In this document: positions 26,229 to 39,587 of the stretch, one piece after another
Position numbering within the stretch: position 1 is the stretch's first letter
Layout: every line of letters starts with the position of its first letter
Assembly (NCBI RefSeq): GCF_001194135.2
Contig: NC_069006.1
Location: 11,365,088-11,429,087 of the forward strand
Direction: 5' to 3'
DNA: 64,000 nucleotides
From: Octopus bimaculoides
Lineage: Eukaryota
The notes under the pieces: generated by a model
Told to the model about the DNA's origin: nothing
Database searches by the model: none
The model's input: the letters and a program-made list of their open reading frames with translations, nothing else
Program-made: the position numbers and the translations under genes

Positions 26229-27023
26229 GTAAGTATTTTGTGTGTGTGTGTGTGTTCTTATTATCAGTTTAGTAGACAGCCTGTCTACAGCACAGTTCTC
26301 TCTTAGGGAGCCTCTCTATTGACAAGAGTCCAGTGACTGGTACGGTATGACAGGTAGATGGAGTATCTGTGGTAGGTCAGTCAGTGTCTGTGTGTAGATA
26401 ATTTCACTACTACCCCATCATAGTTTATTGCGTGGTGTGGTAGCTATTCATAATTACTGTGTATTTACTTGTAAGTCAGACCCCTAATTTAATGTTAAAT
26501 CATGGTGCAAAAAATTTCCCCTTCATAGTTTTAGCTTTGCCCCATATATAAGTCACATTCCCATTCTTTCAGTTAAAATCAAATATGAAATAATCTGACT
26601 TATACATGGATAATTACAGTATCCACACACACATACTCACACACAAACATATACTCTTTCTGTTCATGTATTATAAGTCGCACCTCTAATTTAGTGCCAA
26701 GTTTTGATATGAGATATTTTTCCTTCATATTGTACCTTAATATCAGCTTTGCCCAGTAGATAAATTGCACCCCAGTTTTATCAGTTAAAATCAAATATAA
26801 AACAGAGCGACACACACATACACACACAAAATAATGAAGGCTTGTCACTAATTGCGGTGCCAATATTGATAGAAATAAGTTTTTAAAAAAACCCTTAGTT
26901 TATCTCCCCTGTCAGCATATGCAAATGTGCTTTCTAGCGGCTGTAAGGGTCTTTTAACTGTTATTTCTAGCAATATAGGTTCTACCCAGCAGCCTCAGTC
27001 ACAATTAGTGACAACTGAATTAC

Positions 27024-27061
<38 letters not shown>

Positions 27062-27509
27062 AAAACAAATAATAAATGAGTAATAAATACGCACAATTAA
27101 ATATGGAACTCTGACAATAGAATGTTCATTGCCATGGTGACATATGAGACTACCATATGATTCCAGGTTCAATCCCACAGTATGACACCCTGGGCAATGT
27201 CTCCTCATATAGTTTCCAGGCTGACCAAAGTTTTGTGAGTGGGTTTGGTAGATGGAAACTTAAAGAAGCCTGTCCAGCATGCCTTGACCATTTAACTCAG
27301 ACTTGTTTTTTTTTTATCTCCATCTTTTCTCTCTCCCCATCTTTCTGTTCTAAAGAAGATCAGAGGCTCAAAACATTAAAGGCTTCTTCCATTTTTTTCT
27401 AAGCATCACCCTTAATACTCCTTCTTTGTTGTTCTTTCATCCTGTCTTTGTATTTCCTTTCCTTTTGAACTACATATGTATGTGTGCTTATGTGTGTGTG
27501 TGTGTATAT

Positions 27510-27561
<52 letters not shown>

Positions 27562-28898
27562 TCATGTATATATATAAAACTGGCACTCCATCAGTTATGA
27601 TGACATGTGTTCCTGTTGATCCAATCACTGGAACAGCCTACTTGTGAAATTAATGTGCAAGTGGCTGAGTACTCCACAGGTATGTGTACCCTTAACATAG
27701 TTCTCAGGGAGATTTAGTGTGATACAGAATGTGACAAGGCTGGCCCTTTGAATTACAGGTGCAACTCATTTTTTTTGCCAGCTGAGTGGACTGGAGCAAC
27801 GTGAAAATAAAGTGTCTTTCTCAAGGACATAACGCGTCGCTGGGGATTGAACTCACGACCTTATGATCATGAACCAAATTCCCTAAGCCACATACCTTCA
27901 TATATATATATACACACACACACACGCACACACGCATATATATCATCATCATCATCGTTTAACGCCCGCCTTCCATGCAGTCATGGGTCCATTTTCCATG
28001 CTGGGTTGGATTAGACAGCTGGACAGGAGCTGACCAGGCCAGTTTCCACAGTTTGTTCTGGCATAGTTTCTACATCTGGATGCCCTTCCTGACGCCAACC
28101 ACTCCATAGAGTGCACTGGATGCTTCTTATCTGGCACCAGCACATGTATGTGTGTATTGCCATGCTCTTGTCTTGACATCATGTGATAGCTGTAGGTGAG
28201 TGCCACCGTTATACAAGCACCGACGTTTTATTTCCAGTCTTCCCTGAAAAGCATGTCTGTCCATAGAGAAAATATTACCTTGCTTGGAGAACAGGAGGAG
28301 TTGGACGATGAGAAGGGAAGAAGGGCATCTGGCCATAGAAAAATAGCCTCAACATATTCCATCTGACCAATGCAAGCATGGAAAAAGTTGGCATCAAATG
28401 ATGGTGGTGATTTTATCCAACAATTTTGCTGTTTGCAATACTGTGTTACCATATACTGTTGTGTTTAGCCCATGGTCGGTCCTGCTAGATCAGGACTTTG
28501 ATCAATTAGTTCATGTTCGGTGATCAAAGTCATTCCAAGTGTCATCATCTCATCTGTTATTCAGGCATAGTGTATCTAGTGTACTTAATGTGCCCTTTTT
28601 TTTTTTAATGATATGTTTTGATTTGTGAGAGATTTGGCTGCTATTTCTAGGTAGCTGAGCAAGTGACTACATAGATGCCTCTTGTGTCTCATGATACAGT
28701 TACAATAAAGATGATGATGATGATAATGATGATGTTGGTGCTGATGGTGTAAATGGATAAGCGAGGTGGGTGGGTGACTGCAGAATGTGAAGATAGATCA
28801 CAGTTCCTGACTGTGGAGTTCTTTGTGTCTCAGTTTACAGAGAGAGGTTGTTTTATCTACCATCACCACCAGCATCATCACCATCACCAGTGATACTG

Positions 28899-28940
<42 letters not shown>

Positions 28941-29166
28941 NNNNNNNNNNNNNNNNNNNNNNNNNNNNNNNNNNNNNNNNNNNNNNNNNNNNNNNNNNNN
29001 NNNNNNNNNNNNNNNNNNNNNNNNNNNNNNNNNNNNNNNNNNNNNNNNNNNNNNNNNNNNNNNNNNNNNNNNNNNNNNNNNNNNNNNNNNNNNNNNNNNN
29101 NNNNNNNNNNNNNNNNNNNNNNNNNNNNNNNNNNNNNNNNNNNNNNNNNNNNNNNNNNNNNNNNNN

Positions 29167-29369
29167 GTAGGCACATTAAATTTCTTTTAAAACGTTTTAT
29201 AATTTAAATTTCTATTTTACGAACTGAAAAGGGAGCTTGGACAAAATTAACTAAATTAGCATAGAATAATGGTTTCATATTTTTTTTTTATAATTAAGAT
29301 TTAAACTGTCAATATATGAATGCAAAAGATACAGTTGAATAACTGTAAACCTACTTTTGGGCCACCCTG
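29167..29369. mobile_element. Second copy of the 18362 MITE (5' end in gap)
   Basis: Near-identical interior and right TIR ttttgggccaccctg-TA. Confidence 0.75.
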
Positions 29370-29526
29370 TATATGAGTAAGAACACCAACACCTCTATAA
29401 TTATTAATAGCACTACCACCACCACCACTGCTACTACTGCCATTAATCAACACCACCACAGCTACAAGTCCTATTACTATACCCATCTTCACTATCATCA
29501 CCACTGTCAGTGATACTGATATATTG

Positions 29527-29577
<51 letters not shown>

Positions 29578-30212
29578 TGAGGGTGTACTGAAAAGGTGCT
29601 GGCTTTGGGTAAAAGAANNNNNNNNNNNNNNNNNNNNNNNNNNNNNNNNNNNNNNNNNNNNNNNNNNNNNNNNNNNNNNNNNNNNNNNNNNNNNNNNNNN
29701 NNNNNNNNNNNNNNNNNNNNNNNNNNNNNNNNNNNNNNNNNNNNNNNNNNNNNNNNNNNNNNNNNNNNNNNNNNNNNNNNNNNNNNNNNNNNNNNNNNNN
29801 NNNNNNNNNNNNNNNNNNNNNNNNNNNNNNNNNNNNNNNNNNNNNNNNNNNNNNNNNNNNNNNNNNNNNNNNNNNNNNNNNNNNNNNNNNNNNNNNNNNN
29901 NNNNNNNNNNNNNNNNNNNNNNNNNNNNNNNNNNNNNNNNNNNNNNNNNNNNNNNNNNNNNNNNNNNNNNNNNNNNNNNNNNNNNNNNNNNNNNNNNNNN
30001 NNNNNNNNNNNNNNNNNNNNNNNNNNNNNNNNNNNNNNNNNNNNNNNNNNNNNNNNNNNNNNNNNNNNNNNNNNNNNNNNNNNNNNNNNNNNNNNNNNNN
30101 NNNNNNNNNNNNNNNNNNNNNNNNNNNNNNNNNNNNNNNNNNNNNNNNNNNNNNNNNNNNNNNNNNNNNNNNNNNNNNNNNNNNNNNNNNNNNNNNNNNN
30201 NNNNNNNNNNNN

Positions 30213-30470
30213 CATACCAGCGCAATCGTCTCTCTTGCACGCCACAACTGATGCTTCTAATGTTCAGCTTTTCTCTCAAGATACTTACACTCTGACGGGT
30301 ATTCACATTGACATTACACATCCAACGGAGCATACTGGCTTCATTCCTTGCGAGCTTACGTATGTCCTCAGCAGTTACAGCCCATGTTTCACTGCCATGT
30401 AGCATGGTTGTTCGTACGCATGCGTCATATATAAAGGTTATGAAGGGTATTGGATTCAAGCAAACCCAAA
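30213..30470 (-). mobile_element. RTE-type LINE fragment (region downstream of RT)
   Basis: YDACVRTTMLHGSETWAVTAEDIRKLARNEASMLRWMCNV...LREKLNIRSI...VQERRLRWY; continues into the gap. Confidence 0.85.
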
Positions 30471-30580
30471 GATACAGGCAATACAGAGTAAGTGCTGTAT
30501 ACCGGCTAGTTTTGCCCCTGTCGTTGTATCAACATGAGTGGGGAATATGACATAGGTCGTGTATTAGCATGTGTATATAT

Positions 30581-31173
30581 AAAGAGAGAAAAGGATAAGG
30601 ACACCAATGGCAAAGCTAGAAATATATTTTATGGATAAATTCTTACAGCAGTTTCAGGGAAAATCCAATGTATCCCTTCATCGGAGACGGTAATAGTAGA
30701 GGAATCGATTATTACATCTATAAGAGGAGAGTTGTAGTAAGAAGCGAGAGCGATGCGTAGAAGAAAGAACAAAGAAGAAAAAGGACTTGGAGTATAGTTC
30801 CATTCCAGCAGTAAACGTCCATGTAAAGAATCCTTTGAGTAAACAACGCACAGAGTACACTGGATACAATATGATATATATCCACCTTTGCAACTACGAT
30901 TATCTCCGGAAAATACCTACAAGGATTCTTTACATGGATGTTTACTGCTGGAATGAAGCTCCACTACAAGTACTGTTTCTTCTTTGTTCTTTCTTCAGCA
31001 CATCGCTCTCACTTCTTACTACAAATCTCCTCTTATAGATGTAATAATCCATTCTTCTACTATTACCATCTCCGATGAAGGGATACATTGGATTTTCCCT
31101 GAAACAGCTGTAAGAATTTATCTATAATATATATTTCTAACTTTGCCATTGGTCTCTTTATCTTTTTCTTTCT
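30581..31173. repeat. Foldback element: ~250-bp inverted arms (30581-30835 / 30921-31173) with ~85-bp spacer, Penelope-like termini
   Basis: The arms are reverse complements at roughly 90% identity by eye, and each carries a hammerhead-like motif. Confidence 0.85.
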
Positions 31174-31202
31174 NNNNNNNNNNNNNNNNNNNNNNNNNNN
31201 NN

Positions 31203-31246
<44 letters not shown>

Positions 31247-32301
31247 CATCATCATCATTTAACGTCTGTGTTCTATGCTAGCATGGGTGGGACAGTATCA
31301 CAAAAGCGGGCCAGGCTGAAGCCTGAACTGTTTTGGCAAGGTTTTTACAGCTGGATGCCCTTCTGAACACCAACCACTTGACAGTGTGGACTGGGTGCTT
31401 TTAAGTGGCCCCTGCACTGACAGGGTCACCAAGTACTTGTAAGGCAAAAAACTTTTAAGAGGGGAAGAGGCATTGGAGGTGATGATGGAAAGGCTATAGT
31501 GAGACAGAGATGTCTTGCTGTAGAGGAAGTACAAGGTTACCCGGCTGGAGAAAGAGAGAGATCAGGAATGAAGACAGAAACAGGTGTGCTACTGCAAAGA
31601 AAATACACGGCTGCCCAACCTGTGAGAAGTATAAGAGAAAGAGAGAGAGAGTGGGAGATTGCAGGATGGAGATGGTAGCAAAACGCTAGGCATACTCACA
31701 AGGAAGGGGGGGTCAGAGTATAAATGAGATGGTTGAGTAAAGGAAGAGAGAGATAAAGATAGTGGCAAGTGCCAGGGCATAGCCTTGAGGTTCAGATGCC
31801 ATAATATAAGTGACAAGATACTGCGATGCCTATCAACACCACCATCTCCATCATCATTTCCACCACCACCATCATCATTATTACCAACACTACGAGCTGG
31901 CAGAAGTGTTAGCACTTTTCATCTTTTCAGGATCGATAAATTAAGTACCAGTTGAGTACTGGGGGGGGCAATGTAATCGACTGTCTCTCTCCTCCAATTT
32001 CAGGCCTTGGGCCTATAGTAGAAAGGACTATTACTTATACTGATATATATATATTATTGCTATTATGTTAAACTGTCGTATGTCCCAATTTGGCCGAAGG
32101 CGTTCTTTTCAATATTTATTTTTGCTTGCAATAGCCGGTTCTTTTGGTCAAACTATTGTATCTCCAGTTGCTTCGGATGCCAAGATATCAAAAATGGTCA
32201 AAGTGTACTACAACGGTTTTGCTATGGAATGGTGAAACTATTTTTTCGTTTTCTGAAAAAGCAACATTTTGGACTTACGACACTTTTGCATAATAGCAAT
32301 G

Positions 32302-32336
<35 letters not shown>

Positions 32337-32973
32337 TGTATATATATATGTATGTGTGTGTGTGTGAGTAAAAGCACCACTATAAGTATTAATAACACTG
32401 CCACCACTACTACCACAACGACCATGTATACTACAGTCTGTAATACCACCACAATCATATCTGCTATACCCTGTACCACTGTCACCTATACAACACTTCA
32501 AGTAAGTACTGTCTCAAGTCCTAGGACCCCTAGGGCTAGTTACCTGGATTCCATGCTGTATAAATGATGGAGATCACAACACTGACCCCTAAACAGGATG
32601 CTGGTCCATCCCTTATTTACAGCTGAGTGGATTGGAGCAAAGTGAAATGAAGTATTTTGCTCAAGATCACAGTGCACTGCCTGCTTCAAGAATCGAAACC
32701 ATGATCTTGCGATCATGAGATGCAACACCCTAGTCACAAGGCCTCGCATCCTCACTACCCATGTTGACCCTTTATACCCAGGTTTATCCTCTGTCCCTTT
32801 TTGATGCCATTCTACCTGGAACCACCTCTGATTCTATAATACAAAACTTGCCCTGGTTTAAAAGACCAGCAGAGAAAGATACCTGGGTGTATCCTCTGTC
32901 CCTTTTTGATATCAATGGATCAGAGACCACTTCTGGTTCTACGATATAGAAACTACCCTAGTTTAACCCTTTA

Positions 32974-33348
32974 GTGCAGGAGTGGCAGTGTGGTAAGTAG
33001 CTTGCTTACCAACCACATGGTCCCGGGTGCAGTCCCACTGCATGACACCTTGGGCAAGTGTCTTCTAATATAGCCTCAGGCTGACCAAAGCCTTGTGAGT
33101 GAATTTGGTAGACTGAAACTGGAAATGCCCGTTGTATATGTATATGTTTGTGTGTCTGTTTGTCCCCCCAGCATTGCTTGACAACTGATGCTGGTGTGTT
33201 TACGTCCCCGTAACTTAGCGGTTCGGCAAAAGAAGCCAATAAAATAAGTACTAGGCTTACAAAGAATATGCTCTGGGGTCGATTTGCTTGACTATAAAGG
33301 CGGTGCTCCAGCATGGCCACAGTCAAATGACTGAAACAAGTAAAAGAG
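32974..33348 (+). mobile_element. SINE, same family, full length
   Basis: Matches the other copies. Confidence 0.8.
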
Positions 33349-34136
33349 GAGCATTTAAACCAGGCATATCTAGTCCAAATGTCCTACCTATTTTGTTAAA
33401 ACTGACTAAATATGGCATCTCAAGACCTACCCTACAGTGTCATTCTAAAAATAATTGCCTTATCGAAATCTTGAAGCTACAAGATGCTGCCTGATTAATT
33501 CAAAACAATGTGAATAAATAAGGATGGCATTTGACAGAATAGTCTAGATGCTAAAAGGGTTAAACTGGGCATATTCAACCCAAATATTCTACCCATCTTA
33601 TGTTCAGACCAGCCAGATCTGGTCTCTCACAATCACTTTATCAAAATCTCAAAGCTACAAGATAATACAGGATTAATTCAAAACAATGTGAATAAATAAG
33701 CATCACATTTGACAAAGTAACCTGAATGTTAAAAGGGTTAAAGAGTCAGCCATCACCTGTAAACGAGTATGACTGATAACATGTGCCATGGTTTTAGAAA
33801 TTGTTTTAGGTGCCTATATAGTCGCAAACATACACAGAAACCGTTTTGGCTCTCCTGCTTATTGACCTGACAATATATCCAAAGTGTGACAGTTGGAGGC
33901 AGAGAGAGAAAGAAACAGAGAGCTGTACTTGGTCGGTACATGTTTGCAGACGAATACACTGGATCAATGTGATATTAAATGCTTTGTTCAAGGAGCTCCC
34001 AATGCTCTACCTGGTCCAGGAATTGAACCCATGGCATCATGGTTGTGAGTGAATCACCTTAAACTAGTAGGCCATGCTCGTTCACTACCATCACCTCTAG
34101 TTTATATCTTATACTACACTATTGTTTCTCTTTCAG

Positions 34137-34217
34137 TGTTATTCCCAGATGAAAAAACAACCAGTTTGTGTTGTTGGGACTCGCGTAATGCTGAGCGGCA
34201 ACGCTTGTTATCTCTAG
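34137..34217 (+). CDS. CSTF1: CstF-50 exon: [28 protein letters not shown]
   Basis: tttcag acceptor and TAG|gtaagt donor. Matches human [28 protein letters not shown]. Confidence 0.96.
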   Translation, partial: CYSQMKKQPVCVVGTRVMLSGNACYL

Positions 34218-34465
34218 GTAAGTTGGCCTTTTGATGTCTTGTTATCCCTAGTTCATTCTTAAGTTGACCCTTATTCGTGTTACCCCTGGATAAGTTAACG
34301 CAATGTCATGTTATCTCCAATTCATTTCTAAGTTGACCTTTATTAGTTTAATGTTGTTATCCCTGGATAAGTTAACACAATGTCTTGTTATCCCTAGTTC
34401 ATGCCTGTTCTTGCTTATTCTTGTTACCCCTAGGTAAGTTTATCGTATTAGTGTTGTGTTGTTAT

Positions 34466-35416
34466 CAGTGGTGTAGCTAGGGTAAACCATGCCTGGGGCA
34501 AGCCACAAAAATGCACCCCACTCCCTCCATTACAAAATCCATGATATTATATAGTGCTTATATAGTTATTAATATTTTAATGCAATTTTTTAGGAATAAA
34601 TACCTTACAGGGTTCATTTACCTGCCAGTTTGGTACAGCCTCTCATTCAAAATATATTTTTTTAATGTTTACTTTTACGAAACCTTATTTTAACCGTTTA
34701 ATGCACCAGCTTCCTTGAAACATTAAAAAAAACACCTAATGGTTAAAAGTAATGATTAAAAAAAGATGCAGTAGTTTAAAGTATCTTTCTTGCTTTTGAT
34801 GAGGCGAATTGATCTTTTACTTGATTCAGTCATTTGACTGTGGCCATGCTGGAGCACTGCCTTTAGGCTAGTAAATCAACCCCAGGATTTATTATTTGTA
34901 AGTCTAGTACTTATTCTATCAACCTCTTTTGCCCAACTGCTAAGTTACAGGGACTTAAACACACCAGCATTTCTTGTCAAGCAATGTTGGGAGGACAAAC
35001 ACAAACACACATGCACATATATACACACACACACACACACACAATGGGCTTCTTTCAGTTTCCATCTACCAAATCCACTCACAAGGCTTTGGTCAGCCCA
35101 AGGCTATAGTAGAAGACTCTTGCCCAAGGTGCCACGCAGTGGGACTGAACCCGGAACTATGTGGTTGGTAAGCAAGCTACTTCCCACACAGCCACTCCTT
35201 CACTTTCAATGCTCAGAAGAGCAAGGTTATGCATGAGGTCTTGCAACATCAATGTCCACAAATAAGAAAGGATTAACTTCAACTTGCTGAACAACGTCCA
35301 ATAACAGCATAAAATGATATGCTGGACATCCATCTTTACAATTGCAATTCTGTGTCCCCCCCCCCGGCACATGCCCCCCNNNNNNNNNNCCCTTCCTTCC
35401 CCCAGTTACGCTATTG
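34466..35416. mobile_element. hAT-type non-autonomous element with 8-bp TSD, carrying a nested SINE
   Basis: Imperfect TIR cagtggtgtagct / agttacgctattg and exact TSD GTTGTTAT on both sides. Confidence 0.78.
34808..35200 (-). mobile_element. SINE, same family, nested in the hAT element
   Basis: Reverse-complement match to the family. Confidence 0.75.
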
Positions 35417-36039
35417 GTTGTTATCCCTGAATAATTTGACACAATTCATGTTTTGTTATCCTTAGCTCATTCCTAAGTTGATCTTTTCTCGTGTTACCCC
35501 TGAGTAAGTTGACCCTATTAGTGTTGTTTTCCCTGGGTAAGTAGTTATCATAATGCCTTGTCATTCTTAGTTCATGCCTAAGTTGATCCTTATTGTTGTT
35601 ATTTTTAGGTAAGTCGACCCTATTGGTGTTGCATTGTTATCCTTAGATAAGAATTAATGTCTTGTTATCCCCGAGTAAGTTCTCCATATGTTTCTGTATT
35701 GATCAAGGGAAATAACCCAGACATCGCGATACACAGATATTGTTTTGAGTTGAGTGGGGGTGCTAGATTCCCTTGTTCGAAAATATAAGGACACAGATCG
35801 TGTCATATAGCCAGCTGGAGACAATGTCTCCTGGGGCTAAATTACAGCAACATTCGTCCTAAACCAGGACTGCCATGTTATGTTGGCAAACAATCTTTAT
35901 CTTTAGTTAGTCATCAAGAGTGGAGTGTCTTTCAAATATTGTAATAAAAATTTTTTTATATATTTAGTATGAGATAAAGTTGTATAAAAAAAGATTTTTG
36001 GTAATAAATCAAATGAAAAAAATTGGGCACTAATGGGTT

Positions 36040-37680
36040 AACTGATGGTTTATTGATCTCAAGGGGATAAAAGGCAAAGTCAGCCTCAGCAGGATTTGAA
36101 CTCAAATGTAAAGAGCTGAAAGAAACACTGGCATGCTAACTGGCACTCCGTTGGTTACCATGATGAGGGTTCCAGTTGAGCCAATCAATAGAACAGCCTG
36201 CTCGTGGAATTAATGTGCAAGTGGCTGAGTATTCCACAGACACGCCTACCCCTTAATGTAGTTTACAAGCAGATTCAGCGTGACACAGAATATGACAAAG
36301 CTGGCCCTTTTGAAATGCAGGTACTAATCATTTTTGTGAGCTGAGTGGACTGGAGCCACATGAAATAAAGCGTCTTGTTCAAGGACACAACATGCCACCA
36401 GGAATTGAACTCATGATATTATAACTGAGAACCGAACAGCCTAACCACTAAGCCACATGCCTTCACTCGGTGTGCTAATCATTCTGCTGGCTCACCACCT
36501 TAATAATAATAATAATAACAATTCTTTCTACTATAGGCAGAAGGCCTGAAATTTGGCCAAGTTGATTACGTCAACCCTGAAAGATAAAAGGCAAAGTCAA
36601 CATCAGTGGAATTTGAACTTAGAACATAACAATGGATGAAATGCCACTGAGCATTTTGTCTGATGCATTAGTGATTCTGCCAACTCACTACTTTAAATAA
36701 TAATAACAAGAGCGCTCAGAGAACATAAACCTCTGCCAAGGCAACACCAATATCCTCTCAACGATTAGCCAGAGATGATTCTTAAAATGAGAATATCTGA
36801 AATAAACTTGACTGCTCTCACAAATGAGAATACTAAAAATGAACCTGACTGCTCTCAAAAATTAAGTAAAAAAAGCAAGAAAAATAATCCAGAATCTTTG
36901 TCCAGAACTGGATCAATCCCCAAATCTAATCAGTTTGTGCCAGTCACAAGGCCAAACATCCCTGAAAGTTTCATCCAAATCCATCCTGTGGTTCTTGAGA
37001 TATCTTGTTCACAGACAAACAAATACGACTGAAAACAATACCTCTGCCTTTGCTAAGATGGAGGTAATAGTGGTTTCAAATTTTGCCAGAAGGGCAGCAA
37101 TTTTGGGGAAGGGGATGAGTCAATTACATCAACACCAGTGTTCAACTGGTACTTATTTTATCGACCCCTAATAGATGAAAGGTAAAGTTGACCTTGGTGG
37201 AAATTGAACTCCAAGCGTAGCGATGGAATAATAATAATGGTTTCAAATTCTGGTGCAAGTCCAGAAATTTTGGGGTGGTGGGTAAGTTGATTACATCAAC
37301 CCCATTGCTCAACCGGTACTTATTTTATTGACCCCATGGCAAAGTCAAGCTCAGTTGAATTTGAACTCAGAATGTAGAGGAACGAAATTCTGCTCAGCAT
37401 TTCACCTGGTGTGCCAATGATTCTGCCAGCTTGCAGCCTTGATAATAATCGTTTCTACTATTGGCACAAGACCAGAAACTTTGTGGGAGGGGACTAGTCG
37501 ATTACATCGACCCCAGTGCATAACTGGTACTTGTTTTATCAACCTCGAAAGGATGAAAGGTAAAGTTGACCTTAGCGGAATTTGAACTCAGAACATAAAG
37601 ATGGAGGAAACGCCGCTCAGCATTTTACCTGGTATGCAAACAATTCTGCCAGGTTGTTGCCTTAATAATAACAATGTAGA
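36040..37680 (-). mobile_element. Cluster of a second SINE-like family with (TAA)n tails, plus other repeats
   Basis: Repeated block ggtacttattttatcgacccc..aaaggatgaaaggcaaagttgacc..ggaatttgaactcaga..ctgccagct..ccttaataataat, at least 4-5 copies. Similar stacks at 54690-55260 and 57370-58260. Confidence 0.7.
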
Positions 37681-37731
37681 GTATTCTGACTTTTTCTAAC
37701 AATTTCAAAATTTAATTTTTCTCTATTTCAG

Positions 37732-37844
37732 GTCACAACAATGTTGTACGAACTATCGTCCATTCTCCAACTGGTCCAGCTTTCTTGACCTGTAGTGATG
37801 ACTTCCGAGCTAGGTTCTGGTACCGAAAGGCAAACAGTGACTGA
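37732..37844 (+). CDS. CSTF1: CstF-50 last coding exon: [36 protein letters not shown]
   Basis: tttcag acceptor and TGA at 37842-37844. Matches the human C-terminus [32 protein letters not shown]. Confidence 0.96.
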
Positions 37845-38650
37845 AGTTGCTCCAGACTGACTCATATTGGGCTTCACTTGACCACCACTACAACCTACTG
37901 GAGTTTCTTATTTTGTTGGCAGCTGATGGGGCAAAACACCAAACTCCCATCTTTTATCTTCGATCAACATCATTCTTACTTTCCAACATGATTTAGTTTT
38001 ATATGTTTTCATTCATCTTATTCCAACCTCTCCAACATTGTTTTCACACCATGGGTCCAAGGAGTAAAATTTGTTGACCCCTTTCTTGTCAACTTCAGGA
38101 TATTTGCTGACTTTCCCTGACTGAACTAAGATGTTAACATGTCCCTTAATTTTCATTGTTTTCATTATCAGTAGGTCCTAGGGGTAAAATTTCCCCCTAC
38201 TCCTCTTTTCAGTTTTGTTGATCCCCACCTGTTATGAGTTTCAGGATATTTGCTGACCTTACCCTGACTGAGATACTATGTTAACCTGACCCTCAATTTT
38301 CATTGTCCTCAATATCTGGGTTAACATTGATGTATCTTTGTAACCCCCTTTTTTGAAGTCAGGATCAACATTGACCTACCTCTGTCTCTCTCCTCAGACC
38401 ACCATTGACCACCCATTAACCACCTAATTCTCTCTCTTTCCTAGCTGGTCAAATAAGCCCATCTTTCCAGATGTCCATGTTGCTTCATTCACACCATTTT
38501 TCAAACGGGTTCACACCACATAAATCCAAAATACGATTTCATATTATAAAACAACAAAACACACATTTTGAACTGGGCAACACCGCACTGCTGCAGCATG
38601 GTCCTTAACATGTCTGGTACTATTAAAAAAAGAAGAAGAAAAAAAAAAAA
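37845..38650 (+). other. CSTF1: Probable CSTF1 3'UTR; candidate ATTAAA signal at 38622-38627
   Basis: Unique U-rich sequence after the stop. The 3' end is inferred only from the variant hexamer, which is followed by a genomic A-run. Confidence 0.4.
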
Positions 38651-39587
38651 GAACAGGGGTCTCTATTTCCTTAGTATTTTGTGACTTTGTCAGGACACTC
38701 AACTCTCTTTATTCACCTAAAAGAGGTACATCATCTGAACTTTGACAGCTTTGTGTTACTTTTTTTTTCTAAGGCAGCAAACTCATAGAATTGTTATTGC
38801 ATTGGACAAAATGCCTAGTGGTGTTTGTTGCTGTTCTGAATATTTGCAGTTCAAATGCTGCCAAGGTTGACTTTGCCCGNNNNNNNNNNNNNNNNNNNNN
38901 NNNNNNNNNNNNNNNNNNNNNNNNNNNNNNNNNNNNNNNNNNNNNNNNNNNNNNNNNNNNNNNNNNNNNNNNNNNNNNNNNNNNNNNNNNNNNNNACAAC
39001 AGTCAAGTCTCACTCGAAACACACCGTGCTGTTTTTAAAAAGGAAGTGGTACATTAGATAAAGTAGTCCAGGTTACAATATGTCAGAAAGTTGGGGGACT
39101 CACCCCTCCTTAAAACCCAGGATGGTCTTAACAGGAATGCTTTGAATCAGGGTTGACTTGGGGTCAGGGTTATATATAAAAATGACCAGTGTTGAAGATT
39201 GATTAAAAAAAAAATGCATGAACATCACCAAGTCTCACTCATCAGCCAAAGATCTTGTATCAATGTAGGAAGGAGTAGCGAGGCAGACACATCCATCTGT
39301 AATGAATGCATACTGTGGTTGTATTTAACTCTTGAGCAAGACACTTGGTTACAGAAATTTCATTGAAAGAAACATCTTTGAAATGTTTGGTTTCATTTTA
39401 GTTTCTTTTTTTCTCAATTAAAAAAATATTGAAGGAATTTTTTNNNNNNNNNNGAAGGAATTTTTTTTTTTTTTTCCCCTCTTTACACACAACCCCTCTC
39501 TCTCTCTCTCTATAATTAAAATAGTAGGGTAAAAAAGTTGGATATTAATTAATACCAGGAAACCAGCACATTAAAAGAATCATAAAA

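Larger units (their letters stand above)
34203..35685 (+). repeat. Degenerate minisatellite (unit ~ tgttatccc(c)taggtaagttgacc..) in two blocks, 34203-34465 and 35417-35685
   Basis: Recurring tgttatccc / taagttgacc motifs resembling the adjacent exon end and donor; split by the hAT insertion. Confidence 0.8.
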
